Below, piece after piece: positions 29,382 through 37,091 of a stretch of DNA of 64,000 bases. The stretch comes from Verrucomicrobiota bacterium (GTDB lineage: Bacteria; Verrucomicrobiota; Verrucomicrobiia; CAIQCK01). The notes under the pieces were generated by a model, which saw only the letters and a program-made list of their open reading frames with translations, was not told the DNA's origin and made no database searches. The position numbers and the translations under genes were made by a program. Location of the stretch: contig JACRQF010000015.1 in the NCBI GenBank assembly GCA_016222825.1, positions 297,646-361,645 on the forward strand, in the 5' to 3' direction. How positions within the stretch are numbered: position 1 is the first letter of the stretch; each line of letters begins with the position of its first letter.

Positions 29382-29897
29382 TTACTTCCCTTGCAACCGC
29401 CTCAGATACTCGTCGAGGAGTTGTTGCTGCGCGGCGGGGTCCAGACTTGCGACAAGCCAGATGTAGATAATGCTCAGCACACCCAGCAACAGCCCGGCGA
29501 AACCGAGGATGATGCCGCAGATTGCCAGCGCCCGGCCACGCTCGCGGCGCTGGCGGATTTGCGAGAGTGAGACAAAGCCACAAATGACGCATGGGATGGC
29601 AAAGGGAAAACAGCACAGGCCCAATTGCGCCAGCACGAAGCTCCAGATCGCCTGCGCGTTCACCGGCGGCCCAACCACTGGCGGCGCGCCCGCTTGAAAC
29701 CACGCCGCGAAAGCCGCGTCCAACTCGCGTCGCTCTCCCGCCGCGCGCCACTGGCTGTCCGACGACGACCAGACCATCGTCGCCTTCGTCAGGCGCGCCT
29801 CGCGGGTCCATCGCTCCAACGTGGCGATGTCCACGGGGCCGTATTCCCGCTCGTCGCCGCCGCAGACGCGGTAGGAAATAGAGAAAGGTTCGGTCAT
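29382..29897 (-). CDS. DUF4339 (GYF-like) domain membrane protein, tandem paralog 3
   Basis: ORF 29382..29921; ATG at 29897 gives MTEPFSISYRVCGGDEREYGPVDIATLERW… then two or three TM helices. Start overlaps upstream gene stop (ATGA). Confidence 0.7.
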   Translation of the reverse strand: MTEPFSISYRVCGGDEREYGPVDIATLERWTREARLTKATMVWSSSDSQWRAAGERRELDAAFAAWFQAGAPPVVGPPVNAQAIWSFVLAQLGLCCFPFAIPCVICGFVSLSQIRQRRERGRALAICGIILGFAGLLLGVLSIIYIWLVASLDPAAQQQLLDEYLRRLQGK

Positions 29898-30385
29898 GTG
29901 CCGAGGCCCTCCACGCGGCACCTGAACACGGTCCAGAACAATCCGAGAAGCAGGCTAAGCACGAGGGAGAAGATGCCGATGGCGATGCCGGCGATGGCCA
30001 GCCCGCGTCCGCCTTCACCGCGCGTGTTGATCTGCGACAGCGAGATGGCGCCGAGGATAATCGCCGGGACGGAGAGGCAACCGCAGCAGTTCAACCCGAA
30101 GACCGCCAGCGACAGGCTCCAGACCGCGAGTGTGTTTGTGCGCGGCACTGCGAAGGAGAGCGGCGGGATGACGGCGGGCGGCAACGGGGCGATTCCGAGG
30201 GCTTGGGCCAGTTCAGGGATTTGCACGGCGGGCTGCCAGTTGCCGGTGCGCGAGTCCCACACCTTTGTCGGGGCGGCGACGCGGCGCTGGCGGATCCACT
30301 CTTGAAGCGTGGCGAGGTCCACCGGGCCGTATTCCTGACCGTCGCCGCCGATGATGCGGAAGGTAACTGGTGTCGCGTCTGTCAT
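29894..30385 (-). CDS. DUF4339 (GYF-like) domain membrane protein, tandem paralog 2
   Basis: 163-aa ORF: MTDATPVTFRIIGGDGQEYGPVDLATLQEWIRQRRVAAPTKVWDSRTGNWQPAVQIPEL then hydrophobic C-terminus. Confidence 0.7.
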   Translation of the reverse strand: MTDATPVTFRIIGGDGQEYGPVDLATLQEWIRQRRVAAPTKVWDSRTGNWQPAVQIPELAQALGIAPLPPAVIPPLSFAVPRTNTLAVWSLSLAVFGLNCCGCLSVPAIILGAISLSQINTRGEGGRGLAIAGIAIGIFSLVLSLLLGLFWTVFRCRVEGLGT

Positions 30386-30415
30386 GGTTTCTGGGATGGC
30401 TCGGCGCCAAGCACG

Positions 30416-31393
30416 TCAGGTTTGCTGACCGAAAATGTTCTCGTAAGCGACCATGAACATGCAGAAGCACATGGGCAGAGTGAAAACGATCCCGACAATG
30501 CAGGCAAGCAAGCCGAGCATGGTCAGCAGTCCCACCACGAGACCGTATGCGAAAATGGCAAACCAATGCCTGGCCACAACGCGACGGCTGGTTTCCATCG
30601 CCGCCCAGAACTGCATCCGCCGGTCCGCGACCAACGGCAACGCGAACGAATAGCAGACGCCGAGATACAGCACTGGCACCATGATCAGGCCCACGCCCAG
30701 CACCACCAACGAAACGCCCAACATATTGCGCGAGTCGGCCAGGAGCGCGCCGATGCCCACGACAACTCCACCAGGCAGAGCCGCGGCGAGGATCAGCACC
30801 GTCATGATGAGGTTCACCAGGATGGCTTGGGCGAAGAACAGATTGAAGCCATCGAAGATGTTGCCGAAACTCACGGTTTGTCCGCGCCGTCGCTGCAACA
30901 GCACATACCACACGCCGCCGATGAGCACCGGCTGGACAACGAGGTTGAAGGCCAGTTGCACCACGGCGCCAAAACAGGGAATCATCCCGATGGCGCTGAC
31001 ACCGAAGGACATGCCGAAAACGATCCAGCACGCGCCGAGCGCGAAACCCATATTGGCCTTGAAGAAGTTCCATCCCTGATTGAGCCAGTCGCCGAAGGCG
31101 ACCGTGTAATCGCGTTGCAGAATCTGACCCGCCAATTCTGCGCCCGGCGCGGGGCCGGTGGGAGCGACGCCGGGCGCGGCGGCTGGCGCGGGCGGCGGCG
31201 CGCTGAAGGCAGCGGCCAGTTCCGCAATCTGCGCGGCGGGCTGCCATTGGCCGGTGCGCGAATCCCACACCTGCGTCTGGCCGGCGACGCGGCCCTCGCG
31301 CGCCCATTGTTGGATGGTGGCGAGGTCAATGGGGCCGTATTCCTTGCCGTCGCCGCCGACGATCTTGAACGTGGGTGATGCTGGTGTGCTCAT
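30416..31393 (-). CDS. DUF4339 (GYF-like) domain fused to polytopic membrane domain, tandem paralog 1
   Basis: ORF 30416..31501; ATG at 31393 gives MSTPASPTFKIVGGDGKEYGPIDLATIQQWAREGRVAGQTQVWDSRTGQWQPAAQIAEL, Pro/Ala-rich linker, then ~6 TM helices. Confidence 0.7.
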   Translation of the reverse strand: MSTPASPTFKIVGGDGKEYGPIDLATIQQWAREGRVAGQTQVWDSRTGQWQPAAQIAELAAAFSAPPPAPAAAPGVAPTGPAPGAELAGQILQRDYTVAFGDWLNQGWNFFKANMGFALGACWIVFGMSFGVSAIGMIPCFGAVVQLAFNLVVQPVLIGGVWYVLLQRRRGQTVSFGNIFDGFNLFFAQAILVNLIMTVLILAAALPGGVVVGIGALLADSRNMLGVSLVVLGVGLIMVPVLYLGVCYSFALPLVADRRMQFWAAMETSRRVVARHWFAIFAYGLVVGLLTMLGLLACIVGIVFTLPMCFCMFMVAYENIFGQQT

Positions 31394-31522
31394 GTGGGAC
31401 TCCTTGGTTGATTGATGGCCGACTATCTCCGTCTGGACGCAACCATTACCAGAAAGCCGCCGCCGCGTCGAGGGGCGAAAAACCGCTTGCGTTCGCGGCA
31501 AGCGCGGCTAGACTGCTGCGCA

Positions 31523-31576
31523 AATGAACAAGATGACGCAGCATTGGTGGTGGCATAGATCGGGCCTCAAGCCCTG
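31523..31576 (+). CDS. candidate attenuator leader peptide (17 aa, MNKMTQHWWWHRSGLKP)
   Basis: Short ORF read directly from sequence (ATG AAC AAG ATG ACG CAG CAT TGG TGG TGG CAT AGA TCG GGC CTC AAG CCC TGA); three consecutive Trp codons flanked by His codons, immediately upstream of hisF-hisI-trpE-trpG. Confidence 0.55.
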
Positions 31577-31609
31577 ATCGCGCTATCCCTGCGCTGCGCT
31601 TGAGGACCC
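31562..31609 (+). promoter_or_regulatory. candidate antiterminator stem (GGGCCUCAAGC pairs with GCUUGAGGaCCC)
   Basis: 11-bp pairing with one bulge between 31562-31572 and 31598-31609; its 3' arm shares CCC (31607-31609) with the terminator 5' arm, so the two structures are mutually exclusive. Confidence 0.45.
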
Positions 31610-31642
31610 GGTGATTTGAGAAAGTCATCGGGTTTTTTATTT
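31607..31642 (+). terminator. intrinsic terminator-like hairpin plus U-tract (CCCGGUGAU…8-nt loop…GUCAUCGGG then UUUUUUAUUU)
   Basis: 9-bp stem (two G-U pairs) followed directly by T6AT3; ends 10 nt before the hisF ATG at 31652. Confidence 0.55.
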
Positions 31643-31651
31643 CAACGAATC

Positions 31652-32419
31652 ATGTTAGCCAAACGCATCATACCGTGCCTGGATGTCACCGGCGGTCGCG
31701 TGGTGAAGGGAACCAAGTTCCTGAACCTGCGCGACGCGGGCGACCCTGTGGAGTGCGCCCGCGAATACGACCGCCAGGGCGCCGACGAACTGGTGTTTCT
31801 CGACATCACCGCCAGCAGCGACGGGCGGCCGACGATGGTTGACGTGGTGCAGCGCACGGCCAGCGAGTGTTTCATGCCGCTCACGGTTGGCGGTGGCATC
31901 CGCACCGTCGAGGACATCCGCGCGATGCTCAAGGCCGGCGCGGACAAGACCTCGCTGAACACGGCGGCGGTGCAGAACCCCGACGTCGTGCGCGCGGGCG
32001 CGGAGCGGTTCGGCAGCCAATGCATCGTGGTGGCGGTGGACGCGCGGCGCGTGTCCGGCTCGTCGCCGCAACGATGGGAGGTCTATACGCACGGCGGGCG
32101 CAAGCCGACGGGCATTGACGCCATCGAGTGGGTGCGGCGCGTCGAGTCGCTCGGCGCGGGCGAGATTCTGCTGACCTCGATGGACGCCGACGGCACGAAG
32201 GCCGGCTACGACATTGAGTTGAACCGCGCGGTGAGCGAGGCGGTGCGCATCCCGGTGATCGCCAGCGGCGGCGCGGGCACGCTGGAGCACATGGCAGACG
32301 TGTTGCAGCGCGGCAAGGCCGATGCCGTGTTGGCGGCTTCCATTTTTCACTTTGGCGAGTATCAGGTGGCGGACGTGAAACGGTTTTTGCAGAGCAAAGG
32401 AATTTGTGTGCGACTCTGA
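31652..32419 (+). CDS. hisF: imidazole glycerol phosphate synthase, cyclase subunit HisF
   Basis: ORF 31616..32419; canonical HisF N-terminus begins at ATG 31652 ([23 protein letters not shown]…), full-length TIM barrel. Confidence 0.95.
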   Translation: MLAKRIIPCLDVTGGRVVKGTKFLNLRDAGDPVECAREYDRQGADELVFLDITASSDGRPTMVDVVQRTASECFMPLTVGGGIRTVEDIRAMLKAGADKTSLNTAAVQNPDVVRAGAERFGSQCIVVAVDARRVSGSSPQRWEVYTHGGRKPTGIDAIEWVRRVESLGAGEILLTSMDADGTKAGYDIELNRAVSEAVRIPVIASGGAGTLEHMADVLQRGKADAVLAASIFHFGEYQVADVKRFLQSKGICVRL

Positions 32420-32431
32420 AAGGAAAACAAA

Positions 32432-32827
32432 ATGGCTGAACCGACATTCGACAAACTGAAGTTCGACTCCAACGGACTGATCCCGGCTGTCATCCAGGAG
32501 AGCGGCACGGGCCGCGTCTTGATGGTGGCCTACATGAACGCGGCGTCGCTGGCGAAAACGCTGGAAACCGGCAAGACGTGGTTCTGGAGCCGCTCGCGGC
32601 AAAAATACTGGCTCAAGGGCGAGTCCAGCGGCCATGTCCAGACCGTCAAGCGCGTGACGACGGATTGCGACTGCGACACGGTGCTCATCGAGGTCGAACA
32701 GGTCGGTGCGGCGTGCCACGAGGGTTTCAAGAGTTGCTTCTACCGCGAACTGCGCGCCGACGGCAACCTGAGTGAGCCGATCGAGCAGCGGTTGTTCGAC
32801 CCGGCGAAGGTGTATGGAAAGAAATGA
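32432..32827 (+). CDS. hisI: phosphoribosyl-AMP cyclohydrolase HisI
   Basis: 131-aa ORF with HisI motifs (…[26 protein letters not shown]…[20 protein letters not shown]…DCDCDTVL…). Confidence 0.9.
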   Translation: MAEPTFDKLKFDSNGLIPAVIQESGTGRVLMVAYMNAASLAKTLETGKTWFWSRSRQKYWLKGESSGHVQTVKRVTTDCDCDTVLIEVEQVGAACHEGFKSCFYRELRADGNLSEPIEQRLFDPAKVYGKK

Positions 32828-32830
32828 GTC

Positions 32831-33391
32831 ATGAGCGAACTCTACGCACCGCCATTCGGACTGGCCTACTGGGCCGGCGTGGCGTTGCTGTTGTTCGCGC
32901 GCGGGCTGGATTTCCTCAGCACGTGGATCGCGACGCCGAGTTTGTTGCTGGAGGCGAACCCGATCGCGCGGCGGCTGGGCTGGCAAGGCGGAATTGCGGT
33001 GAACCTGCTCGTCTGCCTGGTGGCGGCGATGATTCCGTTTGTGGCTGTGCTGATCAGCGTGACGAGCGTGCTGGTGGCGGCGCGGAATTTCCAGGCGGCG
33101 TGGGTGTCGCGGACGATGGGCGAGTATGAGTTCCGCGAGCATCTGGAGGAGCAGTTTGGCCGCGCCGACAAGCGGCTGGTGCTCGGCTGTGTCTGGGCGC
33201 AAGGACTGCTCTACAGCGCGGTCGGCGTGGCGGTGGTGGCGCTGACGAACGACCTGATGGCGCAGGCGGTCGGCGGCGGCATCGTGGGTTTTGGCGTGGC
33301 GATAGCGGTCCATTCAATACATTATTACCGAAGAGCAAGACATGTATTATCCGACAAAGAGCGAGTTTCGCAGTTTAGCGAGCCGCGGTAA
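32831..33391 (+). CDS. hypothetical integral membrane protein (about 4 TM helices)
   Basis: ORF starts 4 nt after the hisI stop and overlaps trpE by 50 nt; strongly hydrophobic; no recognised family. Could be a frame artefact. Confidence 0.4.
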   Translation: MSELYAPPFGLAYWAGVALLLFARGLDFLSTWIATPSLLLEANPIARRLGWQGGIAVNLLVCLVAAMIPFVAVLISVTSVLVAARNFQAAWVSRTMGEYEFREHLEEQFGRADKRLVLGCVWAQGLLYSAVGVAVVALTNDLMAQAVGGGIVGFGVAIAVHSIHYYRRARHVLSDKERVSQFSEPR

Positions 33392-34826
33392 CCTCATTCC
33401 GGTTTACTGCGAGCTGCTGGCCGACCTGGAGACGCCGGTGTCGGCCTACCAGAAACTTCGCGGCAAAGGCCCGGCGTTCCTGTTCGAGTCCGTCGAGGGC
33501 GGCGAGCACATCGGCCGCTATTCGTTCATCGGCGCGGACCCCGGCATCACGCTCGTGCAGGACGGCGGCACCGTCCTCGTGCGCGAGGGCCGCAAGAGCA
33601 CGCGCGTCAAGTTCAAGCGCGACCCGTTGGAGGTCGTGGAGAAGGTGATGGCGCGCTACCGGCCGGTGGCGCTGCCGGAACTGCCAAGGTTCAGCGGCGG
33701 CGCGGTCGGATTCCTCGGCTATGAGTTCATCCACCACGTCGAGCCGGTCGTGCCGCGTCCGAAACAGGACGATCTTGGCGTGCCGCCGATGTATCTGATG
33801 CTGACGGACACCATCGTCATTTTCGATCGCGTCCGCCAGACCATCAAGGTCGTTTCCAACGCTCACGTCAGCGGCAACGCCGCCGCCGCCTACGACAAAG
33901 CCTGCCGCCGCATCGCCGCCATCATCGAACGGTTGCGGCGACCGCTGCCCGCCCGGCACGTCGAGTTCCAGCGCGAGGCGACGCCGCTGACGATGGAGAG
34001 CAACATGCCGGTCGAGCGTTACCAGACGATGGTGCGCAAGGCGAAGGAATACATCAAATCCGGCGACATCATCCAGGTCGTGCTCAGTCAGCGGTTCTCC
34101 GCGAAGGTGCGCTCCAAGCCGCTCGACGTTTACCGCGCGCTTCGCAGCGTCAATCCCTCCCCCTACATGTTCATCCTCGAACTCGGCGATTTCTCGCTCG
34201 TCGGCGCGTCGCCGGAGGTCCACGTGCGTTGCGAGGACGGCAACGTGGAGATTCGCCCCATCGCCGGCACGCGCAAACGCGGCAAGACGCCCGCCGAGGA
34301 CCTCGCGCTCGAAAAAGACCTGCTCGCTGACGAGAAGGAGCGTGCTGAGCACCTGATGCTCGTGGACCTCGCCCGCAACGATATTGGCCGCGTGTGCGAC
34401 TTCGGCAGCGTGAAGGTCGAGGAATTCATGGTCATCGAGCGTTACAGCCACGTGATGCACATCGTCAGCCAGGTCGAAGGCAAGCTCCAGAAGGAGCGCA
34501 CCGTCTATGACCTGATGCGCGCGACGTTCCCGGCAGGCACGGTCAGCGGCGCGCCGAAGATTCGCGCAATGCAGATCATCTCGCAACAGGAGGCGACGCA
34601 GCGCGGCCCCTACGCCGGCGCGGTCGGCTACTTCAGCTTCAACGGCAACCTCGACTGCTGCATCACTCTGCGCACCGCGTTGCTCAAGGGCGGCCGCGCA
34701 TACGTGCAGGCAGGCGGCGGCATCGTTGACGACAGCACGCCGGAAAACGAGTTTCAGGAAACGGTGAACAAGTCCATGGCATTGAGAAAGGCCATTGCGG
34801 TGGCGGAAGGTTTTGGAAAGACGTGA
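33342..34826 (+). CDS. trpE: anthranilate synthase component I TrpE
   Basis: 494-aa ORF; chorismate-binding enzyme signature and TrpE N-terminal region (MYYPTKSEFRSLASRGNLIPVYCELLADLETPVSAYQKL). Confidence 0.95.
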   Translation: MYYPTKSEFRSLASRGNLIPVYCELLADLETPVSAYQKLRGKGPAFLFESVEGGEHIGRYSFIGADPGITLVQDGGTVLVREGRKSTRVKFKRDPLEVVEKVMARYRPVALPELPRFSGGAVGFLGYEFIHHVEPVVPRPKQDDLGVPPMYLMLTDTIVIFDRVRQTIKVVSNAHVSGNAAAAYDKACRRIAAIIERLRRPLPARHVEFQREATPLTMESNMPVERYQTMVRKAKEYIKSGDIIQVVLSQRFSAKVRSKPLDVYRALRSVNPSPYMFILELGDFSLVGASPEVHVRCEDGNVEIRPIAGTRKRGKTPAEDLALEKDLLADEKERAEHLMLVDLARNDIGRVCDFGSVKVEEFMVIERYSHVMHIVSQVEGKLQKERTVYDLMRATFPAGTVSGAPKIRAMQIISQQEATQRGPYAGAVGYFSFNGNLDCCITLRTALLKGGRAYVQAGGGIVDDSTPENEFQETVNKSMALRKAIAVAEGFGKT

Positions 34827-34915
34827 TTCGTAACTCGTGATCCGTGATTCGAGCCGCGTCACCAATCACGAATCACGGATCACGAGTTACGAGTCACGCA
34901 TTACGGATTACGAAC
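34827..34915. repeat. array of 7-nt repeats (TYACGRR and its complement) forming a 24-bp perfect inverted repeat
   Basis: Read directly: arms at about 34828-34851 and 34868-34891, ~16-nt spacer; about seven consecutive 7-mers (aatcacg/aatcacg/gatcacg/agttacg/agtcacg/cattacg/gattacg) run to 1 nt before the trpG ATG. Confidence 0.75.
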
Positions 34916-35482
34916 ATGCTCCTAGTCATAGACAACTACGACAGCTTCACCTACAACCTCGTCCAATACCTGGGCGAGATGGGCGTGGAGATGAAGATCG
35001 TCCGCAACAACGAGGTCACTCTCGACGATGTGCGGGCGTTGAAACCGGCGCGAATCCTCATATCGCCCGGCCCGTGTTCGCCGGCACAGGCGGGCATTTC
35101 GGTGGAGGTCATCCGCCAGCTTGGACCGAAGATTCCGCTCTTCGGCGTCTGCCTTGGCCACCAGAGCATCGGCTACGCGTTCGGCGGCGAGGTCATCCGC
35201 AACTACCGGATGATGCACGGCAAGACCTCGCCGATCCACCACGACGGCCGGTTCCTCTTCCAAGGTCTGGCGAATCCTTTCGAGGCGACACGTTACCATT
35301 CGCTCGTCGTCAAGCGCGAGACGCTGCCGGATTGCCTGGAGATCACCGCCGAGACGCGCCCTGAAGGCGAGATCATGGGCCTGCGCCACAAACAATTCCC
35401 GATCTGGGGCGTGCAGTTCCACCCGGAGAGTGTGCTGACCACCGAAGGCAAGAAACTGCTGAAAAACTTCCTGACACTCTGA
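34916..35482 (+). CDS. trpG: anthranilate synthase component II (glutamine amidotransferase) TrpG
   Basis: ORF 34844..35482; canonical start at ATG 34916 ([19 protein letters not shown]…), class-I GATase catalytic Cys (GVCLGHQ) and His (QFHPES). Confidence 0.9.
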   Translation: MLLVIDNYDSFTYNLVQYLGEMGVEMKIVRNNEVTLDDVRALKPARILISPGPCSPAQAGISVEVIRQLGPKIPLFGVCLGHQSIGYAFGGEVIRNYRMMHGKTSPIHHDGRFLFQGLANPFEATRYHSLVVKRETLPDCLEITAETRPEGEIMGLRHKQFPIWGVQFHPESVLTTEGKKLLKNFLTL

Positions 35483-35575
35483 GGCCGCAGGCCGGGAACA
35501 TGGTGTCGGCGGGTTCCAGCGACGAGCGGGGGACGGTCTTGCAGTTTCGGTTGAGAAGCTGATTGTTCAACCGTT

Positions 35576-35601
35576 GTCCGAAGAATTTGTCCGAAGAATT
35601 T
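35576..35601. repeat. perfect 13-bp tandem duplication (GTCCGAAGAATTT x2)
   Basis: Read directly in the trpG to oxidoreductase intergenic region. Confidence 0.6.
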
Positions 35602-35726
35602 CCCTTTTCGTCGTGAATGACTGGCGGTAGTATCCGTCCGCCGTTTGCTTTTGAGAAGTCACCATGACATCGAGCAACCAATACTCCTTGCCGCAGTCGC
35701 GGACCGAAACCAACCCCTCACTCACC

Positions 35727-37091
35727 ATGAAGACTGAATCATCCTCCAAACCTACGCCTCAACCCACGCGCCGCGAATTCCTCCAGTGGAGCGGCAAAGC
35801 CGTCGCCGCGTCTGCTCTTGCAGGCGTCGCGCTGCCCCAAGTCCACGCCGCAGGCACCAACGCCATCAAGCTCGCCCTCATCGGCTGCGGTGGCCGCGGC
35901 AGCGGCGCCGTCGTCAACGCCCTCGAATCCGCCAATGGCCCCGCCAAGCTCGTCGTCATGGCCGACCTCTTCGAGGACCGGCTCAAGCGCTCCCACAAGG
36001 CCCTCCACGACAAGTTCGGCGACAGTGTGGATGTGCCGGAGGACCGCCGCTTCGTCGGCTTCGACGCTTACAAGAAGGCGATTGATTCGCTGCGGCCGGG
36101 CGACGTAGCGATGCTGACCGGCTATGCCGGCTTCCGGCCGGGCCAGTTGGAATACGCCGTCGAGAAGGGCGTGAACGTCTTCATGGAGAAATCGTTTGCC
36201 GCCGATCCGCCGGGATGCCGTCGCGTCATCGCGGCGGGCGAGGCGGCGGAGAAGAAGGGGCTGAAGATCGCCGCGGGTCTCCAGTGCCGGCATTCGCGCA
36301 ACCGGCAGGAACTCATCCGCCGCATCCGCGATGGCGAGATGGGGCAGATCATGCTCATCCGCGCCTACCGTTGCGAGGGAAGCGGCTGGTTGAAGCCGCG
36401 CCCACCGGAGATCAAAGACCTGCACTATCAAATCCGCAACTTCACGAAGTTCCTGTGGGTTTCGGGCGGACTGTGGGCGGAGATGGACATCCACCAGATT
36501 GACGAGATCTGCTGGCTTAAAGGCGAGTATCCGGTGAGTGCGCACGGCATCGGCGGCCGGGTCGCGAACAGCAAGGATTGCAGCCAGAACCTCGACTCGT
36601 TCTCGGTGGAATGGACGTTCGCCGACGGGACGAAGGCCTACGACGTGGTGCGCTACATCCCGAAGTGCCTCTACCAGTTCGACACCTACGTCCACGGCAC
36701 CAAGTGCGCGGCGCAGTTCTCCGGGCCGATCCACGCGGGCATTGTGCATACCTACAAGGACCAGCGTTGCGCGCCGGACAACATCGCGTGGGAGGCGGAG
36801 AAGGAGCCGATCACGCCGTGGCAGGCGGAGTGGGACGCGTTGTTCGACGCGATTCGGAACAACAAGCCGCACAACGAGGCAAAGCGCGCGGCGATGAGCA
36901 ACCTGGCGGACATCATGGGCCGCGCGGCGGTTCACATGGGCCGGGTGATCACGTGGGAGGAAGCGATGAAGTCCGACTTCAAGTTCTGCCCGAACATTGA
37001 CAACCTCACCGACGACAGCGAGCCGCCGATCAAGGCCGATGCCAACGGCTGCTACCCCGTGCCGATCCCGGGACAGTGGACGGAAATCTAG
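35727..37091 (+). CDS. Gfo/Idh/MocA-family oxidoreductase with TAT signal (paralog 1 of second tandem pair)
   Basis: ORF 35664..37091; TAT motif TRREFLQWSG, GCGGRGSG motif. Start at ATG 35727 chosen (alternative ATG 35664). Confidence 0.85.
   Translation: MKTESSSKPTPQPTRREFLQWSGKAVAASALAGVALPQVHAAGTNAIKLALIGCGGRGSGAVVNALESANGPAKLVVMADLFEDRLKRSHKALHDKFGDSVDVPEDRRFVGFDAYKKAIDSLRPGDVAMLTGYAGFRPGQLEYAVEKGVNVFMEKSFAADPPGCRRVIAAGEAAEKKGLKIAAGLQCRHSRNRQELIRRIRDGEMGQIMLIRAYRCEGSGWLKPRPPEIKDLHYQIRNFTKFLWVSGGLWAEMDIHQIDEICWLKGEYPVSAHGIGGRVANSKDCSQNLDSFSVEWTFADGTKAYDVVRYIPKCLYQFDTYVHGTKCAAQFSGPIHAGIVHTYKDQRCAPDNIAWEAEKEPITPWQAEWDALFDAIRNNKPHNEAKRAAMSNLADIMGRAAVHMGRVITWEEAMKSDFKFCPNIDNLTDDSEPPIKADANGCYPVPIPGQWTEI

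Noticed and set aside
30203-31378. 391-aa plus-strand ORF
   Set aside because: Antisense to two DUF4339 genes; His/Arg/Gly/Asp-rich composition with no domain signature.
31655-33313. 552-aa minus-strand ORF
   Set aside because: Antisense to hisF, hisI and the start of trpE, which have unambiguous enzyme signatures.
34827-34915. Possible CRISPR array or IS terminal inverted repeat in the trpE-trpG spacer
   Set aside because: Repeat unit is only 7 nt with no spacers, total length about 90 nt, and there are no cas or transposase genes; interpreted as a structured regulatory or REP-like repeat instead.
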